Of a stretch of 64,000 nucleotides of DNA, positions 1-13,560 are shown piece by piece; position 1 is the stretch's first letter, and every line of letters begins with the position of its first letter. The stretch covers positions 10,602,001 to 10,666,000 of the forward strand of contig NC_091999.1 in the NCBI RefSeq assembly GCF_044704955.1, read 5' to 3'. The stretch comes from Pristiophorus japonicus. Lineage: Eukaryota. The position numbers and the translations under genes are program-made. The notes beneath the pieces were generated by a model. It did not search any database. It saw only the letters and a program-made list of their open reading frames with translations, and was not told where the DNA came from.

Positions 1-2900
1 TGAAGGTCAGGGTAGCCCATGATCGGATGGCAGGACTGACACCCTTTGAACTGATTACTGGAAGGGCAATGAGACAGCCAAACGTCTTGATTTCAGGAAG
101 CGAGGATGTAGTACCATAAAGACAGAATACGGAAATTTGTAATGGAACTCTGTAAGCAGTTACATGAATTAAAGGCACAGCTAGAGATCAGCAAATAATA
201 TAGGACTTAGATAACTACACAAAGGAACAGAGAGTCCAAATGCCCGAAATAGGCAGTCAGGTGATGGTGAGCATTACCCCAGAGAGGTCCGGGCTCGCAC
301 CCAAATGGATCGGACCCTGTCAGGTAATAATTCAAGTAATGGTGTTTATAAGGGGTATCAGCAAGTGGAAACACTGGACACAGTTAAAAAAGCATGCACA
401 CGACCTAATTGGTGACGACTGGCAAATATTGATTTATTGCAGGACTCTAGTGCTCATGAAAACAACGTGGGCTAAAGCAGCCTCATATCAAGGAAAACAG
501 GCTGAGGGACGGCAAGGTTTCTATTACAGGAAGTCGGTCGATATTAGTTTAATAAAGAATCAAAAACACTGATGGTAACTGCCGGAGCAACAGTGACTTA
601 AATTACGGGCATAAAACAATGTAACAAGGAAACGAAATAACATTGGGGAAGGGCGAGAAATACGGGATCAATAAAGAGTGGGAATAAGACCATGTTGTGT
701 TTTGTAATCAGCAGGGACAGAGATACTGCACCCGGCGAAAGGGGGTGCTGATTTCACACAACATACTAGAAATGATAGTTGCGGGATACGCAGTGGGATA
801 CATGGCAGGATACGTGGCGGGATACGTGACGCGATATCTGGCGGGATTCGCGGCGAGAGAACGATGTTAAACTCGATAGTTGATCGAGTGATGCCCTAAA
901 ACGAATCTTACAGGGATTGTTGGAGAAAAATGGAGGAGAAACTCGCGCGTGGCACCATCCAGAAATGTTTCTGAAGAGAACAACAATACTAAGTATCTCA
1001 GCATAGATGATTAGTATAAAAATAACCAAGTTGCTTTTTGTCGAGATCCACTATGAATCAACAAAGATGACTATGGAAATGACCAATTGGACGGGTGCAC
1101 CTTGAGTATTACCTCCCCGCCCCGCCCCAACACAGGACTATGAAATATCGATGTTCCACGAGGAAATGGAGATTGATATGTGAGCACCACGGCAACTGAA
1201 ATGACGAAAGGAACTCCTCATATACCATTATGGATACTGACTTCAGCATTACTCTGCTTGACGAGACAGATATAAACGGGTTTATTATAACCCCTGAACT
1301 AAAGGAGGAAACGATCGATGATGGACATTACCCCAGGAGGTTATGCGAAGGCCATCGGGCCAAAAGGAAAACCGATACTCGAACTGAAAGAGGAACAAAC
1401 TCGACTGAGCTGGATACCATTCGACTTCATACAGGATATTCCAGGCGGGCAGAAATTCGGCAGAATAGCTAATACCCCAAGTGGAGGAAAGATAGAAGAA
1501 ACAGAGAATACCCCAGGCATAATTCGAACACCGAGAAAATGTTGGCTAGAAAGGACTTATACATGAACTATTTTCGACTCAATGTACTGGCTGTAGTGCA
1601 AGGGAACTCATCTTGCTAGTATTAACCTGTAAGATGGTGAACCGACGTAAGAGTCTGCCCCTAGCCCGTACTATAGTTAAAATATTAAAAAAGGAAAATT
1701 AGGCAGTCCGGCAGAAAATACTTATTTAGTATAACCTTGATGGGAAAGCCAACAAGTAGGTCCTGCAGTTCAGCAAGTAGCACTCCTCAAGCGAAAGGGT
1801 AACCCTGGAAACCCACCCATGAGGAAATAATTGATAAATGGCCTATCTTGGGCATATAGCCAAGGCCATTGGGGGGATTTATAAGGGATATAAATTGTAG
1901 CAGGCAACAGAGCAGAGAGATAGGTGGTCAGAATAAAATGCTGAAGGTGGGGAACTAATCAATATTAGGCGGGTCTGAGGAATTGTCTATGTATGTGACA
2001 CTTGCATATGTAGGTATAGCACACTTAGAACGCCTTAAACTGTATCCTTAGCATTAGCAACACATAACAAGTCAGCAGTTGCAAATTTGATTAGAATCTC
2101 CGAGGAAGAGATAAGGAAACGTGAATTTTTAGAACAGTTACATTAGGAGACGTACAGACTGTGGCAAAGTAAAAATGATGGAAAAGCACAATGATGGGAG
2201 ATGGAAAATTGTATGTCCTACTCAGAGCGAGCCTGAAAAGAGTCGACAAGTAAGAGTCGGCAAGTCAATGTAACTCCCCATTAGCAATAGAACTATTGAT
2301 GACTTTGCAGGAGGGTATTCCTCTCCAAAACCTTTCTCAATTATTCTCGAAACCTCTTGTATTTTGAAGGTTCCACGACTGAACCTTCCCTTGCATTGCT
2401 CGAAATAAAGCAGGTTAAACCTAAAGTTTATGTGTTTACTTCCATGGTCGTTATACGGAGGGCAAAGGGCGACGTGTTGATTACCTGTATCAGGTCGTCC
2501 GCCCCGAGGAAGAGAAGCCTTCCTTTTAGCCTAACACCATTATGCCACACGCTCTGCCATGTCCACATTCCAGCTGATTATGCCATGGTCATGGATCAGC
2601 TGGAGTCAACTCCTGTCAGCCCTGAAAAACTTAGTCGGTGGAATTAACACTTTGTTTTATTTCCCTGAAATTTATTTTTCTACCGTCCTGTCGAAGTTGT
2701 GATTGAATGCAACTTCAGTTAAGTAGCCCCTGCGCCACCCAGTGTCTCGCCTACAGCAAAGTCACCTTTACCTGTGCCTTATTACATCAAGCCCTAGAGG
2801 TGGAATGACGACACTGCTACCTCGCAGTCACCTCGAATGTTATGGTCTGTCAAGGTCACAAGCCAGGTTCTAGTAAAGAGCAGGTATATTTTGCTTCACA
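1..2900 (+). mobile_element. Degenerate LTR-retrotransposon/ERV remnant (integrase C-terminus followed by env-like debris)
   Basis: Frame 3 from nt 3 reads KVRVAHDRMAGLTPFELITGRAMR (integrase TGLxPFE..GR motif). ORF 240-572 has PKWIGPCQV (GPY/F-like integrase tail). Downstream frames are broken by many stops. The 3' boundary is approximate. Confidence 0.6.
780..857. repeat. Short 12-bp tandem repeat (GCGGGATACGTG-like, ~6 units)
   Basis: Visible periodicity: gcgggatacgca/gtgggatacatg/gcaggatacgtg/gcgggatacgtg. Confidence 0.75.
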
Positions 2901-3042
2901 GCTTGATACAGTACAATATCTGACAGAGTAAATCTCCCTCCACACTAGATTACAACAGCGACTATAATTCAAAAATACTTCATTGGCTGTGAAGCGCTGT
3001 GAGATGTCCAGTGGTCTGGTGCGCTTTGTAAATCCAAATCCT

Positions 3043-3199
3043 NNNNNNNNNNNNNNNNNNNNNNNNNNNNNNNNNNNNNNNNNNNNNNNNNNNNNNNNNN
3101 NNNNNNNNNNNNNNNNNNNNNNNNNNNNNNNNNNNNNNNNNNNNNNNNNNNNNNNNNNNNNNNNNNNNNNNNNNNNNNNNNNNNNNNNNNNNNNNNNNN
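3043..3199. other. Assembly gap (157 N)
   Basis: Run of N. Confidence 1.
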
Positions 3200-4320
3200 G
3201 GCAGCTACAGCACAGGTTAGGTATGCAGGCACACCAAGGACCAAAACACCAGGAATGATTCCCAGAGACTAGGCCTAACTGATAAAAGTAATCTATCGTG
3301 ATCCTTTTCATTTGCACTCTCAGCAACCGAAGGCAGAGAAGAAAACAATAGAGATTATATTTGATGGAGATGACACACGGTGTCCACAGGTACAGTTGAC
3401 GCTTTCTGCGGCCGATTATCACCGCTGGATAGATGTTGTGTAATGGAAGGGCAGAATCAAATTCTTCTGAGATATTAGTTTCGTTTTGTTCAGGACAAGT
3501 GTGCAAGTGGAGTCCAGATCCAGGGAAGGGCACGGTAGGATATATTTTTGTTTTAGATTCGACAGTTTATAGGTTCAAATGGTTCACACAGACCCAGGCA
3601 AAATTGTCCCAGCATTGGGGTAACCATTTCTACTCCGACTCCAATCTGTGCAACTCCCAATTACCCTGACTCTCTGTCTCCTCTTTCCTGGCAATCTTGC
3701 TCCCTGCATTGCTCCACTCCTTATGATACCATATGTCTGAACTGATTGAACACCACACAGGGATCCTTTATCACGTCTCTCCTCCGTTCTTTCTTAACCA
3801 TGTACCCCAAATCACTGACAATCACCCCAGGGATCATTTCTTCCCACGCTGCTCCATTGCTGCTGACACCACCTGCCTGAAGTCACTGAACATCATCGCA
3901 GGGTTCCTTTCTCCCGATACTCGTCCAGTCCCTCTAAACGCATCTCCTGCAATTCTCAGAACATCAACACAGGAATCCGCCAGTGAACTTCAGAACTTCG
4001 CTCCCTGTTTCACTGATGTTTCGCTCCACTTCTTTTATCGTTTCATCGTCCTTTTGCGGGATCTCCGGCCGCAATAGCGTCTCCAGAGGTTTCTCCATCA
4101 TATTCTTTCTGGTGTGGTGCTGATTTTCCTCTAAACACAAGGACTTCTGGTGATAGGTCTCTTGTGGTTGGATAGCACATCGGCTTAAAGGGGAGAAGAA
4201 TTAGCGGCCCTACTGCAGGGATCGGAAGGAAGTTTGGCAATAGATGAAGTTGGTGATTAAATAATGTCTCTTCCAAATTCTCTCTTCCTCCCCTCCAAGC
4301 TCCAATTAACTTCAGCAACC
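3200..4320 (-). mobile_element. Second ERV/env-like remnant, opposite orientation
   Basis: The minus strand has IIGRRKRQL (furin-like RxKR). Sequence near 3775-3810 resembles the reverse complement of 915-950 (both give VSPPFF on the antisense). Confidence 0.35.
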
Positions 4321-5069
4321 ATTACTGTGTCTCCACGTGTTCTTTCCTGATTCAGGTTCAGTGAATCTCTGGCGTGCAGGGCCCTTTCAAGACGCCCCGG
4401 GCTGGCACCTGCTCCTGGATTGGCAGCCCTGTGTCAGGGGTGAGAGGCTGCACAAACTGGGTTTTTTCCCGCTGCGTGGGCGCTGCAGACTGCCCGTGTC
4501 CACAAACCGTGCTTGAACGTTAAAAGAGCCAATCAAGGTGATGTGACGCATGGAATGGTTTGTGGCATCATTCACTGCAGGGCATAACGGCGGCGGCCAT
4601 GTTTGTGTGAGGAACAGTCGGCCATACTTAAATGACGTGTGCTGTGACGTGTGACTTCAATACGCATTCTTAATAAGAATGGAAAAATATGCAATAGCGA
4701 TAATGATAGCCCGCTCAAAGCTGCTGGAGAGTTGCGCATGTGTGAACAATGCTCCTGTAGTGCAGCACAGCCCCTGCTCTACATAAGGGCTTTTGAGACC
4801 CGCTTTATATTGGGGGAATTTCTGTCCTTCATAACTGCTTAAATCATTCACAAGATGTGATCGAAATGAAATACAGAATGACAATTTGTTCCAATATCCT
4901 TCGGCGTAACTGCAAAATAGACGGAGCTCTCCTCTAAGGCTTTACTAATGCACGGCAGTTAAATGAGTGAGCCAGATACCGAAGCAGCAATATTAACAAA
5001 AGCGTTAATACATCTCTATTCCTCCATAGACCTCCCGGAACATTCAATCATTTTTCTCTTTCATGTCCT

Positions 5070-7653
5070 CTCCCGGTGGGGCGGGCAATAATCAAGGGAA
5101 TAATGGAGGCATGTGAAAAAGGAACGGCCGTAATCATGGGGGATTTTAACCTACATATCGATTGGTCAAATCAAATCGCACGGGGTAGCCCTGAGGAGGA
5201 ATTCTTAGAATTCATACGGGATTGTTTCTTAGAACAGTATATTACAGAACCTACAAGGGAGCAAGCTATCTTAGAGCTGGTCCTGTGTAATGAGACAGGA
5301 ATAATAAACGATCTCCAAGTAAAAGATCCTCTCGGAATGCGTGACCACAGTGTGGTTGAAATTGTAATACAGATTTAGGGTAAGGAAGTAGTGTCTGAAA
5401 CGAGCGTACTATGCTTAAACAAAGGGGACAACAGTGGGATGAGGGCAGAGTTGACTGAAGTAGACTGGAAACACAGATTGAACGGTGGCACAATTGTGGA
5501 ACAGTGGACGTCTTTTAAGGAGCGCTTTCATAGTGCTCAATAAAAATATATTCCAGTGAAAAAGAAGGGAGGTAAGAGAAGGGATAACCAGCCGTGGATA
5601 ACCAAGGAAATAAAGGAGAGTATCAAATTAAAAACCAATGCGTATAAGGTGGCCAAGGTTAGTGGGAAACTAGAAGATTGGAAACATTTTAAGTGACAGC
5701 AAAGAATGACTAAGAAAGCAATAAAGAAAGGAAAGATAGATTACAAAAGTAAACTTGCGCAAAACATAAAAACAGATAGTAAAAGCTTTTACAGATATAT
5801 AAAACGGAAACGAGTGACTAAAGTAAATGTTGGTCCCTTAGTAGATGAGAAGGGGGATTTAATAATGGAAAATGTGGAAATGGCTGAGACCTTGAACAAT
5901 TATTTTGCTTCGGTCTTCACAGTGGATGAGACAAAAACCATGCCAAAAATTGGTGGTCACAGGAATGTGGGAAGGGAGGACCTCGAGACAATCACTAACA
6001 CTAGGGAGGTAGTGCTGGACATGCTAATGCGACTCAAGCCAGACAAATCCCTTGTTCCTGATGAAATGCATCCCAGGGTATTAAAAGAAATTGCGGAATT
6101 ATCGCAGATGCATTCGTTATAATCTACCAAAATTCTCTGGACTCTGGGGAGGTACCAGCGGATTGGAAAGCAGCTAATGTAACGCCTCTGTTTGAAAAAG
6201 GGGGCAGACAAAACGCAGGTAACTATAGGCCAGTTAGTTTAACATCAGTAGTGGGGAAAATGCTTGAAGCTATCATTAAGGAAGAAATAGCGGGACATCT
6301 AGAGAGGAATAGTGCAATCAAGCAGTCGCAACGTGGATTCATGAAGGGGAAATCATGTTTAACTAATTTAGTGAAGTTCTTTGAGGACATAACGAGCATG
6401 GTGGATAGAGGTGTACCAATGGATGTGGTGTATTTAGATTTCCAAAAGGCTTTCGATAAGATGCCACACAAAAGGTTACTCCAGAAGATAAAGTTACGCA
6501 GAGTCAGAGGAAACGTATTAGCATGGATAGAAAATTAGATGGCTAACAGTAAGCACAGAGTCGGGATAAATGGGTCCTTTTCGGGTTGGAAATCGGTGCT
6601 TAGTGGTGTGCCAAAGGGATCGGTGCTTGGACCACAATTGTTTACAATATACATAGATGACCTGGAAGTGGGGACAGAGTGTAGTGCAACAAAATTTGCA
6701 GATCACACAAAGATTAGTGGGAAAGCTGCTTGTGTGGAGGACACAGAGAGGCTGCAAGAGATTTAGATAGGTTAAGCGAATGGGCTCAGGTTTGGCAGAT
6801 GGAATACAATGTAGGAAAGTATGAGGTCATCCACCTTGGAAAAAAAATCAGTAAAAGGGAATATTATTTGAATGGGGAGAAATTGATACATGCTGCGGTG
6901 CAGAGGGACCTGGAGGTCCTTGTGCATGAATCCCAAAGAGTTAGTTTGCAGATGCTGCAGGTAATCAGGAAGGCGAATGGAATGTTGGCCTTCATTGCGA
7001 GAGGGGTGCAGTACAAAAGCAGGGAGGTCCTGCTGCAACTGTATAGAGTATTGGTGAGGCCGCACCTGGAGTACTTTGTGCAGTTTTATTCACTTTACTA
7101 AAGGAAGGATATACTAGCTTTGGAGGGGGTACAGAGACGATTCACTAGGCTGATTCCGGAGATTAGGTGGTTATCTTATGATGATAGATTGTGTAGACTG
7201 GGTCTTTACTCGTTTGAGTTCAGAAGGAAGAAGGGTGGTCTTATATAAACATTTAAGATAATGAAAGGGATAGACAAGATCGAGGCAGAGAGGTTGCTTC
7301 TTGGTAGAGGAGCCTAGAACTAGGGGGCACAGCCTCAAAATACGGGGGAGCCGATTTAAAACCGAGTTGAGAGGGAATTACTTCGCCCAGAGGGTTGTTG
7401 AATCTGTGGCATTCTCTGCCCAGGGAAGCAGTTGAGACTAGCTCATTGAATGTATTCAAATCACAGATATATAGATTTGTATCCAATAAGGGAGTTAAGG
7501 ATTGCGGGGAGCGGGTGGGTAAGTGGAGCTGAGTCCACGGCCAGATCAGCCATGATCTTGTTGAATGGCGGAGCAGGCACGAGGGGCTAGATGGCCTACT
7601 CCTGTTCCTTAATCTTATGTTCCTATGTTCTTATGTTGCTATGTTCTTATGTT
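5070..7653 (+). mobile_element. CR1-clade LINE, 5'-truncated (endonuclease + RT), disrupted
   Basis: IMGDFN, PDxxHPRVLKE, YLDFQKAFDK, GVPxGSVLGP, KFAD and RPHLEY motifs; 3' (TTCTTATG)n-like tail at ~7610-7653. Confidence 0.95.
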
Positions 7654-8095
7654 ATCCCATTCGGTTGCTTATTTCCAGCACTTCTGTTATCAACTTTAGA
7701 GAGTTGCATGCAACCTTATGGGAAAAGAAATAAGTCAGAGGATTTCCACGCCCACCTCAACACATTAAAGGAGATTCCTGGCGCTGTCAACAAACTTTTA
7801 CTCGCAGCTGATCTGAGCATCGATCCATGGCTTTGAGGAAAAACAGCTGATCAGAAGCAGAAAAGACAGTTTAACCGGCTGATTCATTCTGTGATCGATT
7901 CTTCGAACCGATTGGATTCTGCAGTTTGTTTTTGCGACAGCTTCTGGAAACATTTGGGTGGCAGTTTGATCCGAGGTTAATTTGGTTTCCGCTCGGTGTG
8001 TGTTTGAGCATCTGTCACGCTGCTCATTGTGGCTGCATCTGCCTTGATTCCACACAACCCCAACAGACAGGAGCTTCGCAGTGCACTCCAATGGC

Positions 8096-8134
8096 AGTTT
8101 ATGTACAGGGGTGAGACTGTTTTCCATCACTGTG
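8096..8134 (-). other. 23-RSS of the V at 8135
   Basis: CACAGTG-23 bp-ACATAAACT. Confidence 0.95.
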
Positions 8135-8602
8135 TGTCAGATAGAGCGCAGTAATACACGCCAGCGTCAGTCAACTGCAGCCCACGGATGGTTAAACTGG
8201 TGAATTTATTCGCAGTCTGGAGAAGTGCGGAGAAACGGGCTGCTGCAAATTTTGCTTTATATTCACTACCTTCTGAATACTTCCACAGTATAAACTCGGG
8301 CTGTGTGTCTGGGTGTTGCCGGTACCAATATAAACTATAGTAGCTCAATGCAGTATCATACGTACAGTTTAAAGTCACCGGTTCTCCTTCTCTCTTAACT
8401 TCTGAGGGCAGCGGCTGAGAAACAAAATCTCCTTGACTCAGATCTGAAAAACATGATCAAAGAGGAAAAGATGGGATCACCGGGTGATTAAAATTCCGCT
8501 TCAAACCATGTTTCTGAAATGGCAGAACAGATGACCTGTGTTTGGTCCTGAATTACCTGTCAGAAATGCCCCCCACACAATCCACATACTGAGTCGCCGC
8601 AT
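8135..8602 (-). CDS. TCR alpha/delta V segment, apparently functional (leader exon 8602-8557, V exon 8443-8135)
   Basis: Leader MRRLSMWIVWGAFLT with gtaatt donor; ttttcag acceptor; V reads DFVSQP..VTLNCTY..LYWYRQ..LTDAGVYYCALSD with Cys23, Trp41 and Cys104 intact. Confidence 0.95.
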
Positions 8603-8696
8603 TGTCACAGTCCTTTCTTTAAATGGAGGGAAGGATATTTGAAGACACCCGCTCGAATCCCCAGCTCAATTATCTGCTCTCGTGTCACAGGATGCT

Positions 8697-8707
8697 CTCA
8701 CGTCACT
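8697..8707 (-). promoter_or_regulatory. CRE-like element in V promoter region
   Basis: TGACGTGA about 100 bp upstream of the leader ATG. CRE-like motifs are typical of TCR V promoters. Confidence 0.45.
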
Positions 8708-10573
8708 TCCTTGTGTCTGCAGTGGTGCTGTGAGAATGTTAGGTGATGAGCTGGCTGCCAGTGAATGGAAACTTGCTGAGCTGAGCAACAGTCAGTGTCC
8801 TTATAGGGGACTGCTTCCGCATTTTCAGACCGGGAGTGGAAATGAAACCCTTGCCTGTCCATTCGGAATGGAAAGCTAATGATTGTTAATTGGGTTTGTT
8901 GCAATCCGGGGGCAACTCTTTGTCGAGAACTACGTTAGTTTAACCGAGTCCAGCGAGCTTTCCCTCACGGGTGAGTGAGGTAATTAACTAACAATGCTTC
9001 CGTCTGTTGACAGAATGATTCGTATTTCCATGATATTGGAGTGATGACGTCTGCTGTTTCCGAAAATACAGTGGAACAGACTTAAAGAACAAATTCTCTC
9101 AGTAATCTTAACATCGTTTCGCGCACTGCTCGATTCATTCATTTGCATTTAAAACGTTGTTTCAATTTTATCTGTTGATTTATTTGTGCCTTTAACGATT
9201 TATTTACTGATCCATAATTTTCAGCTTTTTTATTAGCAATGAGAGAGAATGGTCGGGCAGCACAGCAGCGCTTTTCAATAAATCATCACAAATCGGTGTA
9301 AAGTGCCCCTGACCAGAGTGGGGGGGGCACGTTCAACGAATCCAGCGATCGGTGTGGGGCGGGTTCAGAGCCTCCAGGATGATGTGTGCGTTTCGTGCAG
9401 CGTCCCCAGGTTGAAGCGTACGGTGGTGCAATGCCCGAGGCCGACTGGAGCGGGATCAAAGCGCCCCAGAGTGGGTTTAGGTTGGTTTCAGAGCCCTGCA
9501 GATTTAGTTGTAGAGCGGGTTCAGGGTCCCGAAGGTGACGTTTAGAGAGGGATCTCGTTAACAACAGCTCAACACCAACAGTGACTAAAAAACTGTCCTT
9601 GCAACTTTCAGTCGTATTACAAACAGATGCGGTGTAGAAAACTGAACAAAATGTGAGGTTTTGGGCTGTCTTTCGCCCCGTTAAAATCGATCGCCATCAT
9701 CGATACAGTTAATGCCTTCAGAAATCAAATCTCAGGATGTGTCTTTAATTAATGTTTTAACATTTCACCCATCTTCTACATACTTCTGCTTACTTGTCCT
9801 TTCAAATTGTTAGAATCATAAGTCAATCCTTGGATGTCATGGATGTCTTTTGGATGATTATTACCGATATTCCGACACAGTCTATTGCTCCTTTCAAATA
9901 CTAATCTTCACTTTATTCCAAAATGGTACCGTTGTTATGAAAAACGGCATTTAATGCAAGGACCGGGATCTGAGCCAACCGCCTTCTGGTGGATATTGTG
10001 AGAACCTTTCTGATGTCGGTGCACATCATGTGAGAACTTCTGGACTGAAATTCCTCTCGGACGGTGGAACGAGACCGATGGTATCAGATCAGCCGCCCGT
10101 TGTACACAGCACCGGATAATCAGCTCCTCGGACCGATACGAATTTTATGTCACTGTGTTTATTGATTGCTCTCTCTGCAGTTTACATTTGGGAAGCTCGT
10201 ATCGTGTGGTTTTGACTTAATCTGCCGAGCAGCAGCAAAGATTTCTATAATTAAACGAAAGAATGAAAGAAGAAAATTCCTACGATTGTGAATAAAGCGT
10301 GGAAACAAGTGATGCGAAGGTACAGGCAGGCATAGAAAGCACATCGAAAGAGTAAAAGCACCACAGATGAGTTTGTGCAATGTATTTTTATTATAACTGC
10401 GATTTAAAATCCCCAAATAATACAATTCCTCCGATGGACATCTCCGATTTTTGTTGAGAGATTTTGATTTGTTGGATGGTCCCTGCGACACTTACTGTGG
10501 CGACTGAGTAGCCTCTGCTGTTTAGCGGTGTAAGAGCGCCCTCTGCTGAGCATGAACTGGAACTCTTAGTGTG

Positions 10574-10750
10574 GGTTTTTGTCCAGGAACCGCAATATCT
10601 TTGCAGCAGTGTGGGGCTCATGGCACAGAAATACACGATGGTGTCGGAGATCAGGACATTGCTGATTGTTAGCTCGGTAATCTTGGTAGTTTGATCGATC
10701 ACGGCAGGGAATCATCTTTGAAGTCGGGGTTTCGGTGTTTTATACTGTTC
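10574..10750 (-). pseudogene. TCR V pseudogene, 3' half with RSS (family C), 5' end removed at a LINE
   Basis: KITELTISNVLISDTIVYFCAMSP, then CACACTG-24-ACAAAAACC; frameshifted upstream. Confidence 0.85.
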
Positions 10751-10754
10751 AATT

Positions 10755-11075
10755 ATGACCTCCTTGCTCTTCTCTTCTGTGCTTCGACAACAAAGGCTAG
10801 TATTCCATATGCCTTCTTAAATAACTTATCAACCTGGCCTGCTACCTGAAGGGTTCTATGGGTCAGCATTCAAAGGTCCCTTAGTTCCTCTACACTTTTC
10901 AGTGTCCTACCATTTAATGTGTATTCCATTGGCTTGGTAGATCTCCACAAATGCATTGCCTCACACATATCTGCATTGAATTCAATTTGCCACTGTTCCG
11001 TGCGCCTGACCAGTGCATTGATATTGTCCTGCAATCCGCAGTTTTCTTCTTCATTTTCAATCACACTGCTTATTT
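10755..11075 (-). mobile_element. CR1 RT fragment
   Basis: LQDNINALVRRTEQWQIEFNADMCEAMH...EELRDL. Confidence 0.85.
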
Positions 11076-12198
11076 TAGGAAGTGAAGGGAAAACTCCAAA
11101 CGGTTTAAGAATCATGTGTCTATCTAATTATTAAACGTAATTGGGGCGAGGTTCAGAGGAGATTTGACGGAAAATTTCAGTCAGATTTACAACGGGTATC
11201 TATGGGTTTCGGACACTTGTTATCCCTGAGCAAATGGATCGGTTTCTATCATGTTTACCTCAGTGCATCAAACGCAGAGAAAGGAATCACTGGAACCGAG
11301 AAATGCAGGACCAAAACAAAACTGACTGTATGGAGGTGTGCACAAAGATTACGTGCATTAATTTCAGCATAGTGGAAACGAGCCTCCCGTTAGGTTCGGG
11401 CAGATGTACATCTGTTTCTGCAGATAAATGGCACACATCAGACTGAACAATACAATGCAAACCCTACACTCGCATCGCCGAATCTGAACAAAACATATTC
11501 ATATTCCGCGCCAAACAATTACCAGCAAAGTCAGTTGATGATGGTAAGATATTGTATCGAATATTGTATCAATATATTGAATTGAATGTAAAGCTAGTTG
11601 TTCAGTTTAATTCACTCACAGTCACAAATCAAACTGAGGTCCTTGACGGGGGTTCGGGATCTATTAACCAACTGCTGGCGCACACAAGATGTAAGCTTTA
11701 TTTGTGAAAATCTCATCTTAAATTTATTTTAATGGAAATGCAATCTCATTCTTTTACACTGCATGACTGTTTCGTTAGAATTATCGACCAGAGGAAATCT
11801 ACCGCATAGCGTGGACATCTCGGTGTAAACACGATTGTTACAGGAGAATGAAGTCGATCAGTTTTCACACACCGGCATAAAATAAACAAATGCTCAGTAA
11901 AGTTATGGATTTGCGCCCGTACCAAATACGATGTGCATTGACTGTTTGGCTCCAGGGTGCGATACTGAAAGCTGTGACTGTCAGTATCTCTGATCATACC
12001 CGCTAGAAATGGAAGTTATAGAGTCGCACCTTGTGGTAACACAGCCTGTGGCAGGCCCGCCGACAGTTTCCGTTTGCTGCTCTCACTCTGACGCGCCTTA
12101 CCTGTCCTGTGTTAAAGGAGAGATTTCTGAGGCTGTGACGGGACTGTAAATAGGAGGGAAGTTTTTGTACGTTGAATGCCGCGTTTCCACTCAGTGTG

Positions 12199-12620
12199 CG
12201 GCTCCATCGCACAGTAATAGACAGCCATATCCGCGCACGCCGAGCTCTCAATGGCCAAAGAGCCGCGTTTCTTCTCAGGGGAAATATCCAATTCAAATTT
12301 CATTTGGCCAACCGATAATCGCTTTATTATCAACTCGAGTTTCTGACTGGATTTCTGTTTGTACCATTGCATGAAGAAAATGCCGTTCATGTCATAGCTG
12401 CAGTTTATTTGCACCGAATCCCCACTCTGGACCGATATCGCAGCTGGAGACTGCAGCACTCGCTCCGAGAGACAACGATCTGTAAAAAAATATTCAGATA
12501 ATAAAACACTGCAGCAAGGTGAATAAAAAACACTGTGGGTTGTTGAAGACAGCTCCTGTACCTACATGTTAGCAGCAGCAGAATAAAGGCTAACAGATTC
12601 ACTTGTACCGAATAATACAT
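12199..12620 (-). CDS. TCR alpha/delta V segment, apparently functional (family B; leader 12620-12566, V exon 12479-12199)
   Basis: Leader MYYSVQVNLLAFILLLLT with gtaggt donor; ttttacag acceptor; VLQSP..INCSY..MQWYKQ..ACADMAVYYCAMEP; RSS CACACTG-23-ACAAAAACT at 12198-12160. Confidence 0.92.
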
Positions 12621-12800
12621 TCTTGTGATTACGATATGAAGAAGCAAAACGGCACTCAGCTCGCATCAGAAGTTCTCGGATCCGAGTAAACACACGGGAC
12701 AGGTGGCTGACGACATTGAGCGCAGCCCAGTTAACGCCTCCAGCACGTGGGTTTGCTGCTCTTGGATTGGCTGTAAATGGGCATTGTTCACCCGCGATTC

Positions 12801-13560
12801 ATAAGAACATAAGAACATAAGAACATAAGAATTAGGAACAGGAGTAGGCCATCTAGCCCCTCAAGCCTGCTCCGCCATTCAACAAGATCATGGCTGATCT
12901 GGCCGTGGACTCTTACCCGCCCTCTCCCCGTTACCCTTAATTCCCTTATTGGTTAAATATCTATCTATCTTTGACTTGAAAACATTCAATGAGCTAGCCT
13001 CAACTGCTTCCTTGGGCAGAGAATTCCACACATTCACAACCCTCTCGGAAAAGAAATTCCTTTTCAACTCGGTTTTAAATTGGCTCCTCCGTATTTTGAG
13101 GCTGTGCACTCCAGTTCTAGTCTCCCCTAACAGTGGAAACGACCTCTCTGCCTCTATCTTGTCTGTCGCTTTCATGATTTTGAATATTTCTATAAGATCA
13201 CCACTCATCCTTCTGAACTCCAACGAATAAAGACCCAGTCTACTCAATCTATCATCATAAGGTAACCCCCTCATTTCTGGAATCAGCCGAGTGAATCGTC
13301 TCTGTACCCCTTCCAAAGCTAGTACATCCTTCCTTAAGTAAGGTGACCAAAACTGCACGCAGTACTCCAGGTGCGGCCTTACTAATACCTTATACAGTTG
13401 CTCCAGGACCTACCTGCTTTTATACTCCATCCCTCTCGCAATGAAGGCCAACATTGCATTCGCCTTCCTGATTACCTGCTGCACCTGCAAACTAACCTTT
13501 TGGGATTCATGCACAAGGACTCCAAAAGATTGTCATGCACAAGGACCTGCAGGGATTCAC
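12801..13560 (-). mobile_element. CR1 3' end inserted in the V upstream region
   Basis: QFWSPYLRKD..LEGVQRRFTR..RNFFSERVVNVWNSLP; (ATAAGAAC)3 tail; GATTCA on both sides (possible TSD). Confidence 0.93.

Noticed and set aside
4460-4498. Possible RSS (GGTTTTTTC-23-GCCCGTG)
   Set aside because: Poor heptamer and no adjacent V, D or J coding sequence.
8135-8602. Dedicated supporting V-delta for the NAR cassette
   Set aside because: It has its own intact leader and no CDR1 Cys; retained only as a possible splice partner.
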